Source of the DNA: Macrostomum lignano
Lineage: Eukaryota
NCBI GenBank assembly: GCA_002269645.1
Contig: NIVC01002689.1
Location: 1-64,000 of the forward strand
Direction of reading: 5' to 3'
Length of the DNA: 64,000 nucleotides
Under the pieces are notes generated by a model. The model saw only the letters and a list, made by a program, of their open reading frames with translations. It made no database searches and was not told the origin of the DNA. Shown in pieces: positions 44,801-52,700 of this stretch (position 1 is the first letter of the stretch; each line of letters begins with the position of its first letter). The translations under genes were made by a program, and so were the position numbers.

Positions 44801-46401
44801 TGCATTATCAAGTACAGCATTTTTACAGCATTTCATTCTTAAGTAAAGCATTTGTACAGCTTTGTATTATCAAGTACAGCATTGTATTCTCAAATACAGC
44901 ATTTATACAGTTCTGTATTGTATAATCAAATACAGCAGTTGTACAGCTTTGGTCTGTCAAAAAAGCATTAACAAACCGCACTACTAATCCTACAAATACT
45001 AGCAGAAACTCAATTCTATAGATTTACGAAATACTAAATTCATCAAAGTCATTTAATCCTAAGCAAAATCGAGGGCAACTCAACCAACCTGCCAATTTAC
45101 GATCAAAGTCTTTCTCACGCTGCAAATGGGCCTCTTCAACAATGAGACAACACTCGGGTTTGCCTTCAAACAGAAGACGATTATCCAACCAACACGACGA
45201 ATTAGGAACTTGATGATCAAACTCCACGCCAGCCAGATGTTTTGGTCCGTTTGCATCCAGTCTACCCAGCCATTTGATCAGGCCGCGCCTGTACTCATTC
45301 TGTCTGGCGTCCAACTGCAGCACTACGCGATCGTTAATGTTAAACAGCTGGTCAGCTGGGCAATCTTGAACCGGATCCAACCAGCGAGCGTCCGCTAGAA
45401 TCAATCGGCGATCGCGAGCTTCTGCGCGCACATTCAACAGTTGTCGAGTGTTGTCATCAGGCAACACGGATATTATCAATGGCTGGCCATCTACTTTTGG
45501 ATCGCAGCTGACAAAACCAAAATAGAGACCGTCTGGGTCTTTCGGATTTGTCCAGCTAGGCAGAACACCTTTAAACCGAACTTCACACTTTAACGAGTTT
45601 GTCGCCTCTAAAAAAGCAAATTATGTGAGCCAGTTAAAAAAATCGGACTTTTCAAGGGCAACCAAAATGATTTCGAATAAAAAAGAACGCTATATTGTAG
45701 ACGAGCACTCTGCTGACTCCTGAGCAGACACAAACTAGCGTACCAATCCTTAACGCAAGCACGCACTCATACACACGCTCACACAGGCTGTACAGCGGTT
45801 CTGTGACTTTCTAAATCGTCAGGCATGTACAGTCTGTGGCTTGGAGGTCGGCCATAATGGCTGTGAATCACACGACAATCCCAAGGCCAATATTTCGTGC
45901 CTCGAAATGAATGACTCAAACTCTGAGCGAAAAATTACCCGGTTTTCCTATTGCAAAGGAAACCTTAAGCACTAGCAGAGACTCAAAAAGAGAGTACTAA
46001 CCTTGCTTCTCAACAAAACTGGGATCGAGAACAGACACGATGCTACCAACTTGAAAGCGTTGGGCCAATTGAAAACTATTCGAAAGACAAAAATCGTATC
46101 GCTTGTGTACTGGCACAGCTAGCAAAATCCGGGCTTCTTCAGCTGTTAAAGGCATTCCATCGCCAGGATGCATCTGGCAAAACAAGGATTCAAACTCCAA
46201 TGAGCGACACAATGGTCCGAGTTGATTTGCACCTCCACTGTCAGGTGCATTAACCCAAAATAAGCCAGAATCCAGCTGATCTTTGTTCCCATTTTTTACG
46301 GTGACAGCCATTTTGTACCGATTCATGAAACACTTGAAACTGCCGGGATTTTCTGTGTCGCTAGGCAGCTCTATCTGGCGCACTTTTACCAAACTTTCCA
46401 T
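20811..46401 (-). CDS. CYLD: CYLD ubiquitin carboxyl-terminal hydrolase (CAP-Gly domains + USP domain with B-box)
   Basis: Exons ~46401-46002, 45607-45089, 44764-44110, 44026-43935, 25554-25406, 24600-24057 and 20995-20811 in frame. Cys box GVQGHHNSCYLDSTLFAMF, EEKDPEEF across the junction, His box CTSHYVCF, WLFFDSMADREG, three CAP-Gly-like segments. Start uncertain; possible extra exon 47401-47354. Confidence 0.93.
21061..23947. mobile_element. Foldback-like inverted-repeat element in CYLD intron 6
   Basis: Left arm 21061-~21245 (AGTAGTAGGGG..GTGCATTGGGATAGGAGGAGGCGGCCTATCTCTCAACAT..) is the reverse complement of the right arm ending CCCCTACTACT at 23947. Possible GGGATG TSD in a low-complexity context. 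Confidence 0.7.
21505..23850. repeat. 54-bp minisatellite, ~43 copies
   Basis: Unit ATCTCTACAGTGTTAACCGTCCCAAGTACAAAGAGATAGGCAGCCTCTCCTCCT; produces the 18-aa periodic 743-aa ORF. Confidence 0.97.
24640..25155. repeat. 31-bp minisatellite in CYLD intron 5
   Basis: (TGGCTCAATGGGGAGTTGCTGAGATGCCAAT)n. Confidence 0.95.
25605..25805. repeat. 29-bp minisatellite (left part, split by the retrotransposon array)
   Basis: (GGGAGAGTAGGGACTTAGTCTGGGGATCT)n; continues at 43739-43905. Confidence 0.92.
25806..26163 (-). repeat. LTR 1 (outer 3' LTR), 358 bp
   Basis: Element strand TGTGGTG...TTATTACA; preceded by PPT GAGGGGGGAGA (26174-26164). Confidence 0.96.
26189..30199 (-). CDS. Gag-Pol polyprotein, unit 1 (1336 aa, intact)
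   Basis: MATSS start; CGSCGGAHSRQQC and CHACGKTGHIRKVC knuckles; protease IDTGS; RT FVDD; RNase H CDASPYG..EALA..TDH; integrase HHCC and DDE (VDFAG, SDNG, NGQAER). Confidence 0.95.
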   Translation of the reverse strand: MATSSALGGIPILSANTDIDVYLERLQHYFICKEVKEEAKVATLVTAIGEEAYSVLRNLCLPKKIADKSFDELTEILRNHYAPQPSELAARFRFQRRLQQPGETFAEFIAGLKALSAHCNFGNTLEERLRDQLVFGLLSDAFRVKLLEEVKPTFKSLQQKILSLESAEKSSHEMAHRAAAPVAQLHAHGNQQHKRRGAGSSHGGGGSVFQQRGGGKSGSTSSFGKKGGNAGSNSNSGACGSCGGAHSRQQCKLRDAKCHACGKTGHIRKVCRSAKLQLLHEDPQSPPEATAQMPIFAVQPSRSNAGPTVQLQVNGQPCRFVIDTGSAVTLIPQSLQQKLLPQLPLSPSAAILRTFTNERFRPIGQASVTVQLDGQHLQLPLLVVTQGDTPLLGRDWLARLRLNWPSIMAQVHSVSADDGVGDLIKEFSSVFEDGLGEFQHGQVRLQVTEGAQPRFFKARPVPYALRERVDAELQRMEASGIIKAVKHSDWAAPIVPVVKKDGSVRICGDYKLTYNAASKPEHYPLPRIEDLFAKLGGGCKWSKLDLSNAFLQLPLSEDSKAFLTINTPRGLFQLNRMPFGITSASAIFQRTLDTLLGGLNAVQVFVDDILVTGGTLQQHKKNLALVLHRLQGAGLLLNKDKCQFFKDSVEYLGHRIDANGLSPLPDRVSAVQDAPAPKDVNQLRSFLGMLAQYCKFLPNLSTVLAPLHQLLAKNTRWTWEQPQQRAFDEAKRLLLQSPVLVHYSPDLPLRLECDASPYGLGVVLTHRIGNKDCAVAFASRSLTAAQRGYSQLDKEALAIMFGLQRFHQFLYGRRFTIVTDHLPLLGLLGERKAIPAHAAARMQRWAIRLASYDYSLEFRPTEKHANCDSLSRLPLPQLFEEEAAVNSLLLDEGVGSAITAQAVSRHTRTDATLGRVLRCLQSGASIEADLIDFARRQSELSVDQGCVLWGARVVVPTALRQQVMQELHQAHPGISRMRALARSYVWWPGIDSDLEAAAKACRTCQLNQADPPKAPVQSWPFPTEPWERLHVDFAGPVNGYVYLVVVDAHSKWPEVQQMRSAAATSTIAGLREIFARQGIPRTLVSDNGAQFASAEFAEFTKANGIRHIFSAPFHPATNGQAERFVQVLKRHLLKSGHSNAELQRLLLSYRNTPHSVSGVAPSQLLIGRRLRCRLDLLKPSLASDVQQRQEQLLQERRRAREFLPGDRVLFRDYSVGARAGDSPRWAEGVIASAGSRNCTVDSEQGRHVRHNDQLLAAPAADTSVQPADVSEPSPDAGHTAPGDARNQQGIDSTTAAADVQAVPSGGANSAHESPGPAAPRRYPARTRRSPERLQMP
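30200..30557 (-). repeat. LTR 2 (shared internal LTR)
   Basis: No difference from LTR 1 seen; PBS on one side, PPT on the other, no TSD. Confidence 0.96.
30583..34593 (-). CDS. Gag-Pol polyprotein, unit 2 (intact)
   Basis: Translation identical to unit 1 in the ORF track. Confidence 0.95.
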   Translation of the reverse strand: MATSSALGGIPILSANTDIDVYLERLQHYFICKEVKEEAKVATLVTAIGEEAYSVLRNLCLPKKIADKSFDELTEILRNHYAPQPSELAARFRFQRRLQQPGETFAEFIAGLKALSAHCNFGNTLEERLRDQLVFGLLSDAFRVKLLEEVKPTFKSLQQKILSLESAEKSSHEMAHRAAAPVAQLHAHGNQQHKRRGAGSSHGGGGSVFQQRGGGKSGSTSSFGKKGGNAGSNSNSGACGSCGGAHSRQQCKLRDAKCHACGKTGHIRKVCRSAKLQLLHEDPQSPPEATAQMPIFAVQPSRSNAGPTVQLQVNGQPCRFVIDTGSAVTLIPQSLQQKLLPQLPLSPSAAILRTFTNERFRPIGQASVTVQLDGQHLQLPLLVVTQGDTPLLGRDWLARLRLNWPSIMAQVHSVSADDGVGDLIKEFSSVFEDGLGEFQHGQVRLQVTEGAQPRFFKARPVPYALRERVDAELQRMEASGIIKAVKHSDWAAPIVPVVKKDGSVRICGDYKLTYNAASKPEHYPLPRIEDLFAKLGGGCKWSKLDLSNAFLQLPLSEDSKAFLTINTPRGLFQLNRMPFGITSASAIFQRTLDTLLGGLNAVQVFVDDILVTGGTLQQHKKNLALVLHRLQGAGLLLNKDKCQFFKDSVEYLGHRIDANGLSPLPDRVSAVQDAPAPKDVNQLRSFLGMLAQYCKFLPNLSTVLAPLHQLLAKNTRWTWEQPQQRAFDEAKRLLLQSPVLVHYSPDLPLRLECDASPYGLGVVLTHRIGNKDCAVAFASRSLTAAQRGYSQLDKEALAIMFGLQRFHQFLYGRRFTIVTDHLPLLGLLGERKAIPAHAAARMQRWAIRLASYDYSLEFRPTEKHANCDSLSRLPLPQLFEEEAAVNSLLLDEGVGSAITAQAVSRHTRTDATLGRVLRCLQSGASIEADLIDFARRQSELSVDQGCVLWGARVVVPTALRQQVMQELHQAHPGISRMRALARSYVWWPGIDSDLEAAAKACRTCQLNQADPPKAPVQSWPFPTEPWERLHVDFAGPVNGYVYLVVVDAHSKWPEVQQMRSAAATSTIAGLREIFARQGIPRTLVSDNGAQFASAEFAEFTKANGIRHIFSAPFHPATNGQAERFVQVLKRHLLKSGHSNAELQRLLLSYRNTPHSVSGVAPSQLLIGRRLRCRLDLLKPSLASDVQQRQEQLLQERRRAREFLPGDRVLFRDYSVGARAGDSPRWAEGVIASAGSRNCTVDSEQGRHVRHNDQLLAAPAADTSVQPADVSEPSPDAGHTAPGDARNQQGIDSTTAAADVQAVPSGGANSAHESPGPAAPRRYPARTRRSPERLQMP
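34594..34951 (-). repeat. LTR 3 (shared internal LTR)
   Basis: No difference from LTR 1 seen. Confidence 0.96.
34977..38986 (-). pseudogene. Gag-Pol unit 3, frameshifted in RT by a 1-bp deletion in a C-run (may be a sequencing error)
   Basis: C5 at 37195-37199 versus C6 in the other units; splits the ORF into the 699-aa and 796-aa track entries. Confidence 0.8.
38987..39344 (-). repeat. LTR 4 (shared internal LTR)
   Basis: No difference from LTR 1 seen. Confidence 0.96.
39370..43380 (-). CDS. Gag-Pol polyprotein, unit 4 (intact; A>V variant LVKN)
   Basis: Full ORF; differs from units 1-2 at 41246. Confidence 0.95.
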   Translation of the reverse strand: MATSSALGGIPILSANTDIDVYLERLQHYFICKEVKEEAKVATLVTAIGEEAYSVLRNLCLPKKIADKSFDELTEILRNHYAPQPSELAARFRFQRRLQQPGETFAEFIAGLKALSAHCNFGNTLEERLRDQLVFGLLSDAFRVKLLEEVKPTFKSLQQKILSLESAEKSSHEMAHRAAAPVAQLHAHGNQQHKRRGAGSSHGGGGSVFQQRGGGKSGSTSSFGKKGGNAGSNSNSGACGSCGGAHSRQQCKLRDAKCHACGKTGHIRKVCRSAKLQLLHEDPQSPPEATAQMPIFAVQPSRSNAGPTVQLQVNGQPCRFVIDTGSAVTLIPQSLQQKLLPQLPLSPSAAILRTFTNERFRPIGQASVTVQLDGQHLQLPLLVVTQGDTPLLGRDWLARLRLNWPSIMAQVHSVSADDGVGDLIKEFSSVFEDGLGEFQHGQVRLQVTEGAQPRFFKARPVPYALRERVDAELQRMEASGIIKAVKHSDWAAPIVPVVKKDGSVRICGDYKLTYNAASKPEHYPLPRIEDLFAKLGGGCKWSKLDLSNAFLQLPLSEDSKAFLTINTPRGLFQLNRMPFGITSASAIFQRTLDTLLGGLNAVQVFVDDILVTGGTLQQHKKNLALVLHRLQGAGLLLNKDKCQFFKDSVEYLGHRIDANGLSPLPDRVSAVQDAPAPKDVNQLRSFLGMLAQYCKFLPNLSTVLAPLHQLLVKNTRWTWEQPQQRAFDEAKRLLLQSPVLVHYSPDLPLRLECDASPYGLGVVLTHRIGNKDCAVAFASRSLTAAQRGYSQLDKEALAIMFGLQRFHQFLYGRRFTIVTDHLPLLGLLGERKAIPAHAAARMQRWAIRLASYDYSLEFRPTEKHANCDSLSRLPLPQLFEEEAAVNSLLLDEGVGSAITAQAVSRHTRTDATLGRVLRCLQSGASIEADLIDFARRQSELSVDQGCVLWGARVVVPTALRQQVMQELHQAHPGISRMRALARSYVWWPGIDSDLEAAAKACRTCQLNQADPPKAPVQSWPFPTEPWERLHVDFAGPVNGYVYLVVVDAHSKWPEVQQMRSAAATSTIAGLREIFARQGIPRTLVSDNGAQFASAEFAEFTKANGIRHIFSAPFHPATNGQAERFVQVLKRHLLKSGHSNAELQRLLLSYRNTPHSVSGVAPSQLLIGRRLRCRLDLLKPSLASDVQQRQEQLLQERRRAREFLPGDRVLFRDYSVGARAGDSPRWAEGVIASAGSRNCTVDSEQGRHVRHNDQLLAAPAADTSVQPADVSEPSPDAGHTAPGDARNQQGIDSTTAAADVQAVPSGGANSAHESPGPAAPRRYPARTRRSPERLQMP
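43370..43379 (-). other. Primer-binding site TGGCGACGAG (probably tRNA-Ser(GCU)); same site in every unit
   Basis: Starts 1 nt after the LTR end; complementary to a tRNA 3' end CUCGUCG-CCA, as in animal tRNA-Ser(GCU). Confidence 0.85.
43381..43738 (-). repeat. LTR 5 (outer 5' LTR)
   Basis: One substitution versus LTR 1-4 (G at 43513); followed by TSD GACTC. Confidence 0.96.
43739..43905. repeat. 29-bp minisatellite (right part, more diverged)
   Basis: GGGAGAGTAGGGACTTAGTCTGGGGAT variants resume directly after the TSD. Confidence 0.88.
45755..45874. repeat. Dispersed ~130-bp intronic element, copy 2 (CYLD intron 45608-46001)
   Basis: Homologous to 16097-16230, same orientation. Confidence 0.75.
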
Positions 46402-46539
46402 CACCAATTGCTTGTTCAAATAGCAATCTTCGCATGCATTGGTTTACGCTTGAAATTTAAACTATAGGGTATTAAAATACTTAAAAAAATAAAAATACAT
46501 TCGTTGTTGAACAGGAATTTGTTTAGTTGCTGGTGTTGT

Positions 46540-47225
46540 GGAGCTGTGGGATGGGGAGCTGTGGGATGGGGAGCTGTGGGATGGGGAGCTGTGGGATGGG
46601 GATCTGTGGGATGGGGAGATGTGGGATGGGGAGCTGTGGCATGGGGAGCTGTGGGATGGGGAGCTGTGGGATGGGGATCTGTGGGATGGGGATCTGTGGG
46701 ATGGGGAGCTGTGGGATGGGGAGCTGTGGGATGGGGAGCTGTGGCATGGGGAGCTGTGGGATGGGGATCTGTGGGATGGGGAGATGTGGGATGGGGAGCT
46801 GTGGCATGGGGAGCTGTGGGATTGAAATCTGTGGGATGGGGAGCTGTGGGATGGGGATCTGTGGGATGGGGAGATGTGGGATAGGAATTTGGGATGGGGA
46901 GCTGTGGGATAGGGAGCTTTGAGGTGGGATCTGTGGGATGGGGATCTGTGAGATGGGGAGCTGTGGGATTGGAGAGCTGTGGGATGGGGATCTGTGGGAT
47001 TGAAATCTGTGGGATGGGGAGCTGTGGGATGGGGATCTGCATCTTTGGGATGGGGAGCTGTGGGATAGAAATCTGTGGGATTAAAATCTGTATGATGGGG
47101 AGCAGTGAGATCGGGAGCTGTGGGATGGGAATCTGTGTGATTGGGAGCTGTGGTATTGAAATCTGTGGGATGGAAATCTGTAGGATGGGAATCTGTGGGA
47201 TGCGAATCTGGGGAGCTGTGGGAAT
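46540..47225. repeat. 15-bp G-rich minisatellite (TGGGATGGGGAGCTG)n, copy 2
   Basis: Same unit as 18133-18872, degrading to the right. Confidence 0.95.
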
Positions 47226-48208
47226 GAGGGCTGCAGGAGGCACCGGGAGATGGGGGGATCATGTTTCCTATCTAAACCAAGAGTAAATAAATTAACAAGG
47301 CAAAAACGGTTCATAATTAGCATCAAGGGCATGAAATTCGGAGTTTAGCTAACAAGCAAGTGTGCCAGAGACCCACAGTCAGATCTCGCACCTCTCGCCA
47401 TTGTCAGCTTAAAATTAAATTGTGTTGGTAGTTGAACTGACAAATTCAAATACAAAAAGCAACAGAATAAATTCAATATTTCGTGTGTGTATAGCAGGCT
47501 TGCACATTTAGGACAGAAGTCAGCTCGGAGAAGACAGCATAGGCATTGGAGAAAAAAACAGGACAGGAAAATTTTGCTTAATAATGGTGCAGAGAGAAGG
47601 CCAAAAAAGAGAATTCTTCTGACAAAGACATCGATTAGCAAACACAAATGACTTGAGTCAGATATAAGCAGAAGAGGGAGGGGGCCAGAGGCTTTCGCAC
47701 CTTTGGAGAAAGCTAAATATTAAATATAATATAAACGGCAGGGCCTTCTTTGCCACAATTTTAACACAGTTTCCAATCATAAAATGAAGCAGATGAGCAG
47801 GCAAAACTAAAATATAACAAAAGTGGCATTTAGATGCCTACTTATCCTGTTCAAGCCACTGGATAAATCTAACAGATGGCTCATCATACATGTACCGCAT
47901 TTACCAATTAATTATCAGTTACAAATTTGTGTGCCTAAAGCTATATCCATTTAGTTAAAGACGGGAAACTAATAAATAAACAAACAAGTAGGAACGGGAG
48001 ATTTTTTCGACAATTAAATAACACAAATAAGTCTCCGAGGATACCAAAACAAATAAAATTATATTGTTCGAAATTAGTCCCCGATGAACGGACACTACAG
48101 TAGTAGAATTACTAAAATAGGCCCATTGTGCTGTTATGCTACTGCTCAAGTTAGTAGTATAATCTTTATAACTACAAACAGATTTTTTATTTATACAAGA
48201 TCTTATAG

Positions 48209-48591
48209 CAGGGGTCGGAAACCTTTATTACCTCAAGGGCCAGATGAGAGTGGAAATGAAAGGGAATGGAAGACGAAACATGAGAGAAGAGAGGAGAGGC
48301 GGGGAATGGGATTAGAGAAAAGATAAAAAAGAGAAGAGGGTAGACAGGGCAGAGGGAAGAGGAAAACAGATAGAGAAGAGAGGGAGAGAAGGAAGAGGGG
48401 AGAAGAGAGGAAAGAGAAAATAGGGTAGAGGGGACAGAGAGGAGAGAAGAAAGAGGGCACAGAGAGGAGAGAATAAGAGGGGAGAGGGGAGAGAAGAGGA
48501 GAGGGGAGAGGGGAAAGAAGAGAGAGAAGAGAAGATAGCTGAGAAGAGACACAAGCCCTGAGCGGGCCGGATAGCTTCACAATGACCCGGC
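48209..48591. mobile_element. Charlie/hAT-like MITE family B with GA-rich expansion
   Basis: Starts CAGGGGTCGGAAACCTTTATTACCTCAAGGGCCA (compare 17411); right end degenerate. Confidence 0.55.
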
Positions 48592-48755
48592 TAGGTACTA
48601 AAGCGGTTAAACTTAGTTACTAAATTTTTGTTTATTATTAAAATTTTAGAAAGCAAAACAAACAAAATTAGCGCATTTACATCAGTAAAATTCAAGCTAC
48701 AAGTCATTTAAGTCGAATATCTATTAATACACGAGGTTTTTATTTATTTATTTTT

Positions 48756-49775
48756 TCATTTACGATCTTCGCGTCTCTTCTGGCGTTTCTGTTGATCCGC
48801 AGTCGGCTGGTGGCTGTAGCGCTTGTTGACGCCGCCACCGCTGCCGCTGCTGCCAGGACGGCCGCCGCCGCCGCTCAGCGAATGAGCCGACGAAATCCTT
48901 GGCGCCGGGGCCGCGCCGCCAGCTCGAGAACCGTAGCCATGGTGACCGGCGCCGTAAGACGACGAAGACGATGCAGCGGCGTTGGCGCCAGACGGGCCTT
49001 CAATAGACTGAGCCTGACCGTTGACAGTCTTCGACACTACTCGACCATTCTCAGTCACTGTGACAGTTTCCACGCCATTCTCTACAACTTTCTTAGTGAC
49101 AATCTGCCGGCCATTAACTACCCTAGTAGATGTGGACGATGACCGAAACTGAGTGCTGGGCCCCAGGCCTGACGAGCTGAAACTCATGAACTGAGCGGCG
49201 CCGCCGCCGCCAACAGCCGCGTGGCTGCCCAAGCCGCCGAATTGGCCAAACGAAAAAAACGGATCGTGCATCTGCATTGTTGGGAATCCGATAAAATTGC
49301 TTTGAAATAGATTGCCAACTTGTTGCTGTTGCTGCTGCTGATGCTGTTGTTGGTAATGTTGCTGCCTACCAAAAGCGGCGAATGGATCGATAAACATGAA
49401 GTCGGAGAACGGATCCCTGTTGCCAAAGAATTCGCGAAACACTTCCTGAGGATCGCGGAATACAAAGCTATGAAAATCGTGATGAAAGTCGTGATGAAAG
49501 CCCGCGTGATGCCGACTGTGACTCCGGCCGCCGCCGCTACCATTGTCAGTCTCCAGACCGGCTTTGCCATAGACATCGTAGATTTGGCGCTTATTCGGAT
49601 CGGACAGGACTTCGTAGGCTTCGCTAATCTCTTTAAACTTGAGATGGGCCTCCTCTTTGTTGTCCTGATTCTTATCTGGATGCCAGCGCAAGGCCATGCG
49701 CCTGTAAGCCTTGCGAATATCGCCCTCGGTGGCTGAGCGAGTCAATTCCAATACTGCGTAGTAATCATCCGACAT
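48756..49775 (-). CDS. DNAJB6: DnaJ homolog subfamily B member 6-like (339 aa, single coding exon)
   Basis: N-terminal J domain (WHPDKN), FVFRDPQEVFREFFG G/F region, S/T-rich SSSTSTRVVNGRQIVTKKVVENGVETVTVTENG C-terminal domain, basic tail. Belongs to the DNAJB2/6/8 class. Confidence 0.88.
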   Translation of the reverse strand: MSDDYYAVLELTRSATEGDIRKAYRRMALRWHPDKNQDNKEEAHLKFKEISEAYEVLSDPNKRQIYDVYGKAGLETDNGSGGGRSHSRHHAGFHHDFHHDFHSFVFRDPQEVFREFFGNRDPFSDFMFIDPFAAFGRQQHYQQQHQQQQQQQVGNLFQSNFIGFPTMQMHDPFFSFGQFGGLGSHAAVGGGGAAQFMSFSSSGLGPSTQFRSSSTSTRVVNGRQIVTKKVVENGVETVTVTENGRVVSKTVNGQAQSIEGPSGANAAASSSSSYGAGHHGYGSRAGGAAPAPRISSAHSLSGGGGRPGSSGSGGGVNKRYSHQPTADQQKRQKRREDRK

Positions 49776-52700
49776 GGCTTACTGACAACTGAGTAGTGTG
49801 TATAGGGCGATATCACAGCTATGAAATTTTGATACAGATTACAGTAAGCAACTCAGACTGGTAACTAAAATACTATATAAAATCGACAGAACGTCAGTAA
49901 CCAAGACAAATATAGAAAGCAACAATGAGCTGAAAGTGTCAGGGAATCAATGCACAAGACTACACAGACAAAGGAAAGGGTGTTTGGGTGTTTTGAGCAA
50001 ACACCAGATTTTAGTAGTCCTTTTTTCAACTCGAATGCATAAAAGTTGTCAGGGTGGGTGCATGGGCACTAATAATCATATTGCCTGACCAGAAGCATAA
50101 GCAAATTGCTATTTTTAATTGAACAACACCATAAATTGTGCAACCATAAAATGAGTCTAGTATTTACACCAGCATTTATTACACCTACTCAAAAGCAAAG
50201 AAACAGCACAATGAAGAAGCACAAATATTTTTTGTATCGTAGGTTAACCATTGCTTAACAAAGTTTGTTGTCTAGCATGTTTTTTTCTAATTTCAATCAT
50301 CTCTATCTTATAAATGCTAATTATTGTCTTTGTTATACAATAACTAAAGAATAATGGTATAAAAAGTATACTAAAAAAGCAAATCAAGTAAATAAGCAGC
50401 TATGAGCTACAAAACTATTTTACATCCAAAAATTCATAAATATAAGAATCCAAACTAGCTAAGATTTTTTAGGCAAGATTCTCAGTTAAGGCTAGCTAGA
50501 AAAGCAGTTTGATCAGTTCTCAATATGAAATATAACCATATTAAAATAGAAATATAATAATATGTTTAAGCTATCTAAAGACTAGCACTAAATATTTGCT
50601 AGTTCATTGTTTAAGTGATTAAAGTCTTGGATTAAAAATATTTTAATATAAAAAACAATTTTAAAAAAGCAATTCTTTTTTGTCAAATGAACATTATGAA
50701 TTTTTAGAAAAAAGTGATATATTAATAAACAATTGTTGATATTTCACTATTAAAAAGTCATATTATTAAGTTAGAATATTATTTGTAATAATTAAACCCA
50801 TTTGCCTAAATAAGTATATTTATTATCTATATACATTATATAGAATAACAAGTCAAAATATATGCTTATTACAATATAAGCACATTGTAACACTATACTG
50901 ATTCAAATAATAAATGAAATATTCTAGCCATATCTTAGACTATTAGTAGCTTTTTAGCATTAGAATACATTATTATAACATGTTTAAAATATATAAATAG
51001 TACTTACTGATGACATAACCAAAGGGGATGTAAGGGGTAATTGCCTTATCCTCTTAGTAGACAACCTATTATAGCCAAGGTCTAAACTATATTAGATATC
51101 CTCCAGACTAGATCATAGACTAATATTAGATCACACCAATGTGCTAAACCCCACCTATACCACCAAATTAATCTACATTAGACACTATCTATAATAATGG
51201 CCATTGGCTACAATAAGGCTTCAGAGGACCAAAAAAAATATATATGCTAAAATATAGAACTACCCTTTTTATCCTTCTTGGATATTTAACTTCTAGAATC
51301 TGCCTTTTTAACTAATTTCTAGTTTTACTACTAATGTTTATTCATTCAGCCTGGGTATAGCCCATTATAGCAAAGGAATTTTTAACAAAAGAATGCTTTA
51401 ATAAAAGTGAATATGTAGTTTAAATAGATATAAATTTCAATGAAAACAGTGACTAGTTTGGCAGGATATAGGCAACTTATAATTGCAAACATAATGCTTT
51501 GGTCATTGTAGCTTTTAATAAATTATTCATTGACTACCTAAGCATATTTTGTAGTTTGTGAAAATAAAATAGGCCCCCTAATAAAATTGCTACAAAATAA
51601 AAATATATATGACAATAAAATAGTTTTCATAAAGCTTATCTGTTTTGACTTTGACTTTTTCTAAAATAAAAAAATTCAAAACTCTTTGCTAAAGCTTAGA
51701 TCAATCAATAAATTTTTATGCAAAAATGGCTACGTTTAGACAAAATGGTAATTAAGAAAGTATTTTTTGCCATTATTAACTTTGCCAAAAATTCTTTTGT
51801 CAAAGTAGGTTGAAACCTTTAGCCTACAGCCTTTAGGCTTTAGTCATTTTTTACTTGAAATAGCTTATAGTCTAACTTGCTAAAGTCAAAATAATTGACC
51901 CAAATAGACTCTAATTTCCTAATATAATATAATTAAAATAAAAACTATATTAATCCCTATCCAGGCCCCCTATACAACTAGGCCAATATTGTTAGATATT
52001 TATCTCAAATTAAAAATTGTTAGGCCTAGGTTCAAGGATAGGGGGCCTATACCCATTTGACCTAGGCAATAATTATATATAAATGTGAAATATAATAAAT
52101 TATTAATGATGTATCCAAACTTTTGATCAGATCATCTAATCTGATCTTATTTTAACAACTTAACTTAACCTTGGCTTGGCTAACCCTAGCCTAAGCTTTA
52201 TTAAATGGTTATCTATTCTAATTCTAGATCTAGAATTAAATAAATAGTCAGTAGAGACAGTAGGCAGTAGAAAAATAGATAAGACAATCTAGATGGGCTT
52301 ACATTTAAATTTGAGAAAATGAAGCAATATCTTTTTACTTATTTAGATGACAGTGACTATTTATCTAGGCCTAGTAGGCCTACCAGATAAATAAAAGTGA
52401 AGTTATTTGTCTAGTACCAGATAAATAAAAATGAAGTTATTTGTCTGGCATAGTATAGAAGTAGATAGGCCTATATAATAAAAACTTGTAAAATATAGGG
52501 AATACTAAAAAGTACTAGGGGCCTATATAGTCCACTTTTAGGCTAGAAGCAGAAAATATTTATTATGATTAGATAGTGCTGTTTCTCAGATCAGATCATA
52601 GTTGGTGAAACCCTTCTAAGGCCAAAGGCAAAATACCAAAAGTTTTAAATAATTTTTACCTTTATTTATTATTATATTTCTTTCTATACATATCAGTTTG

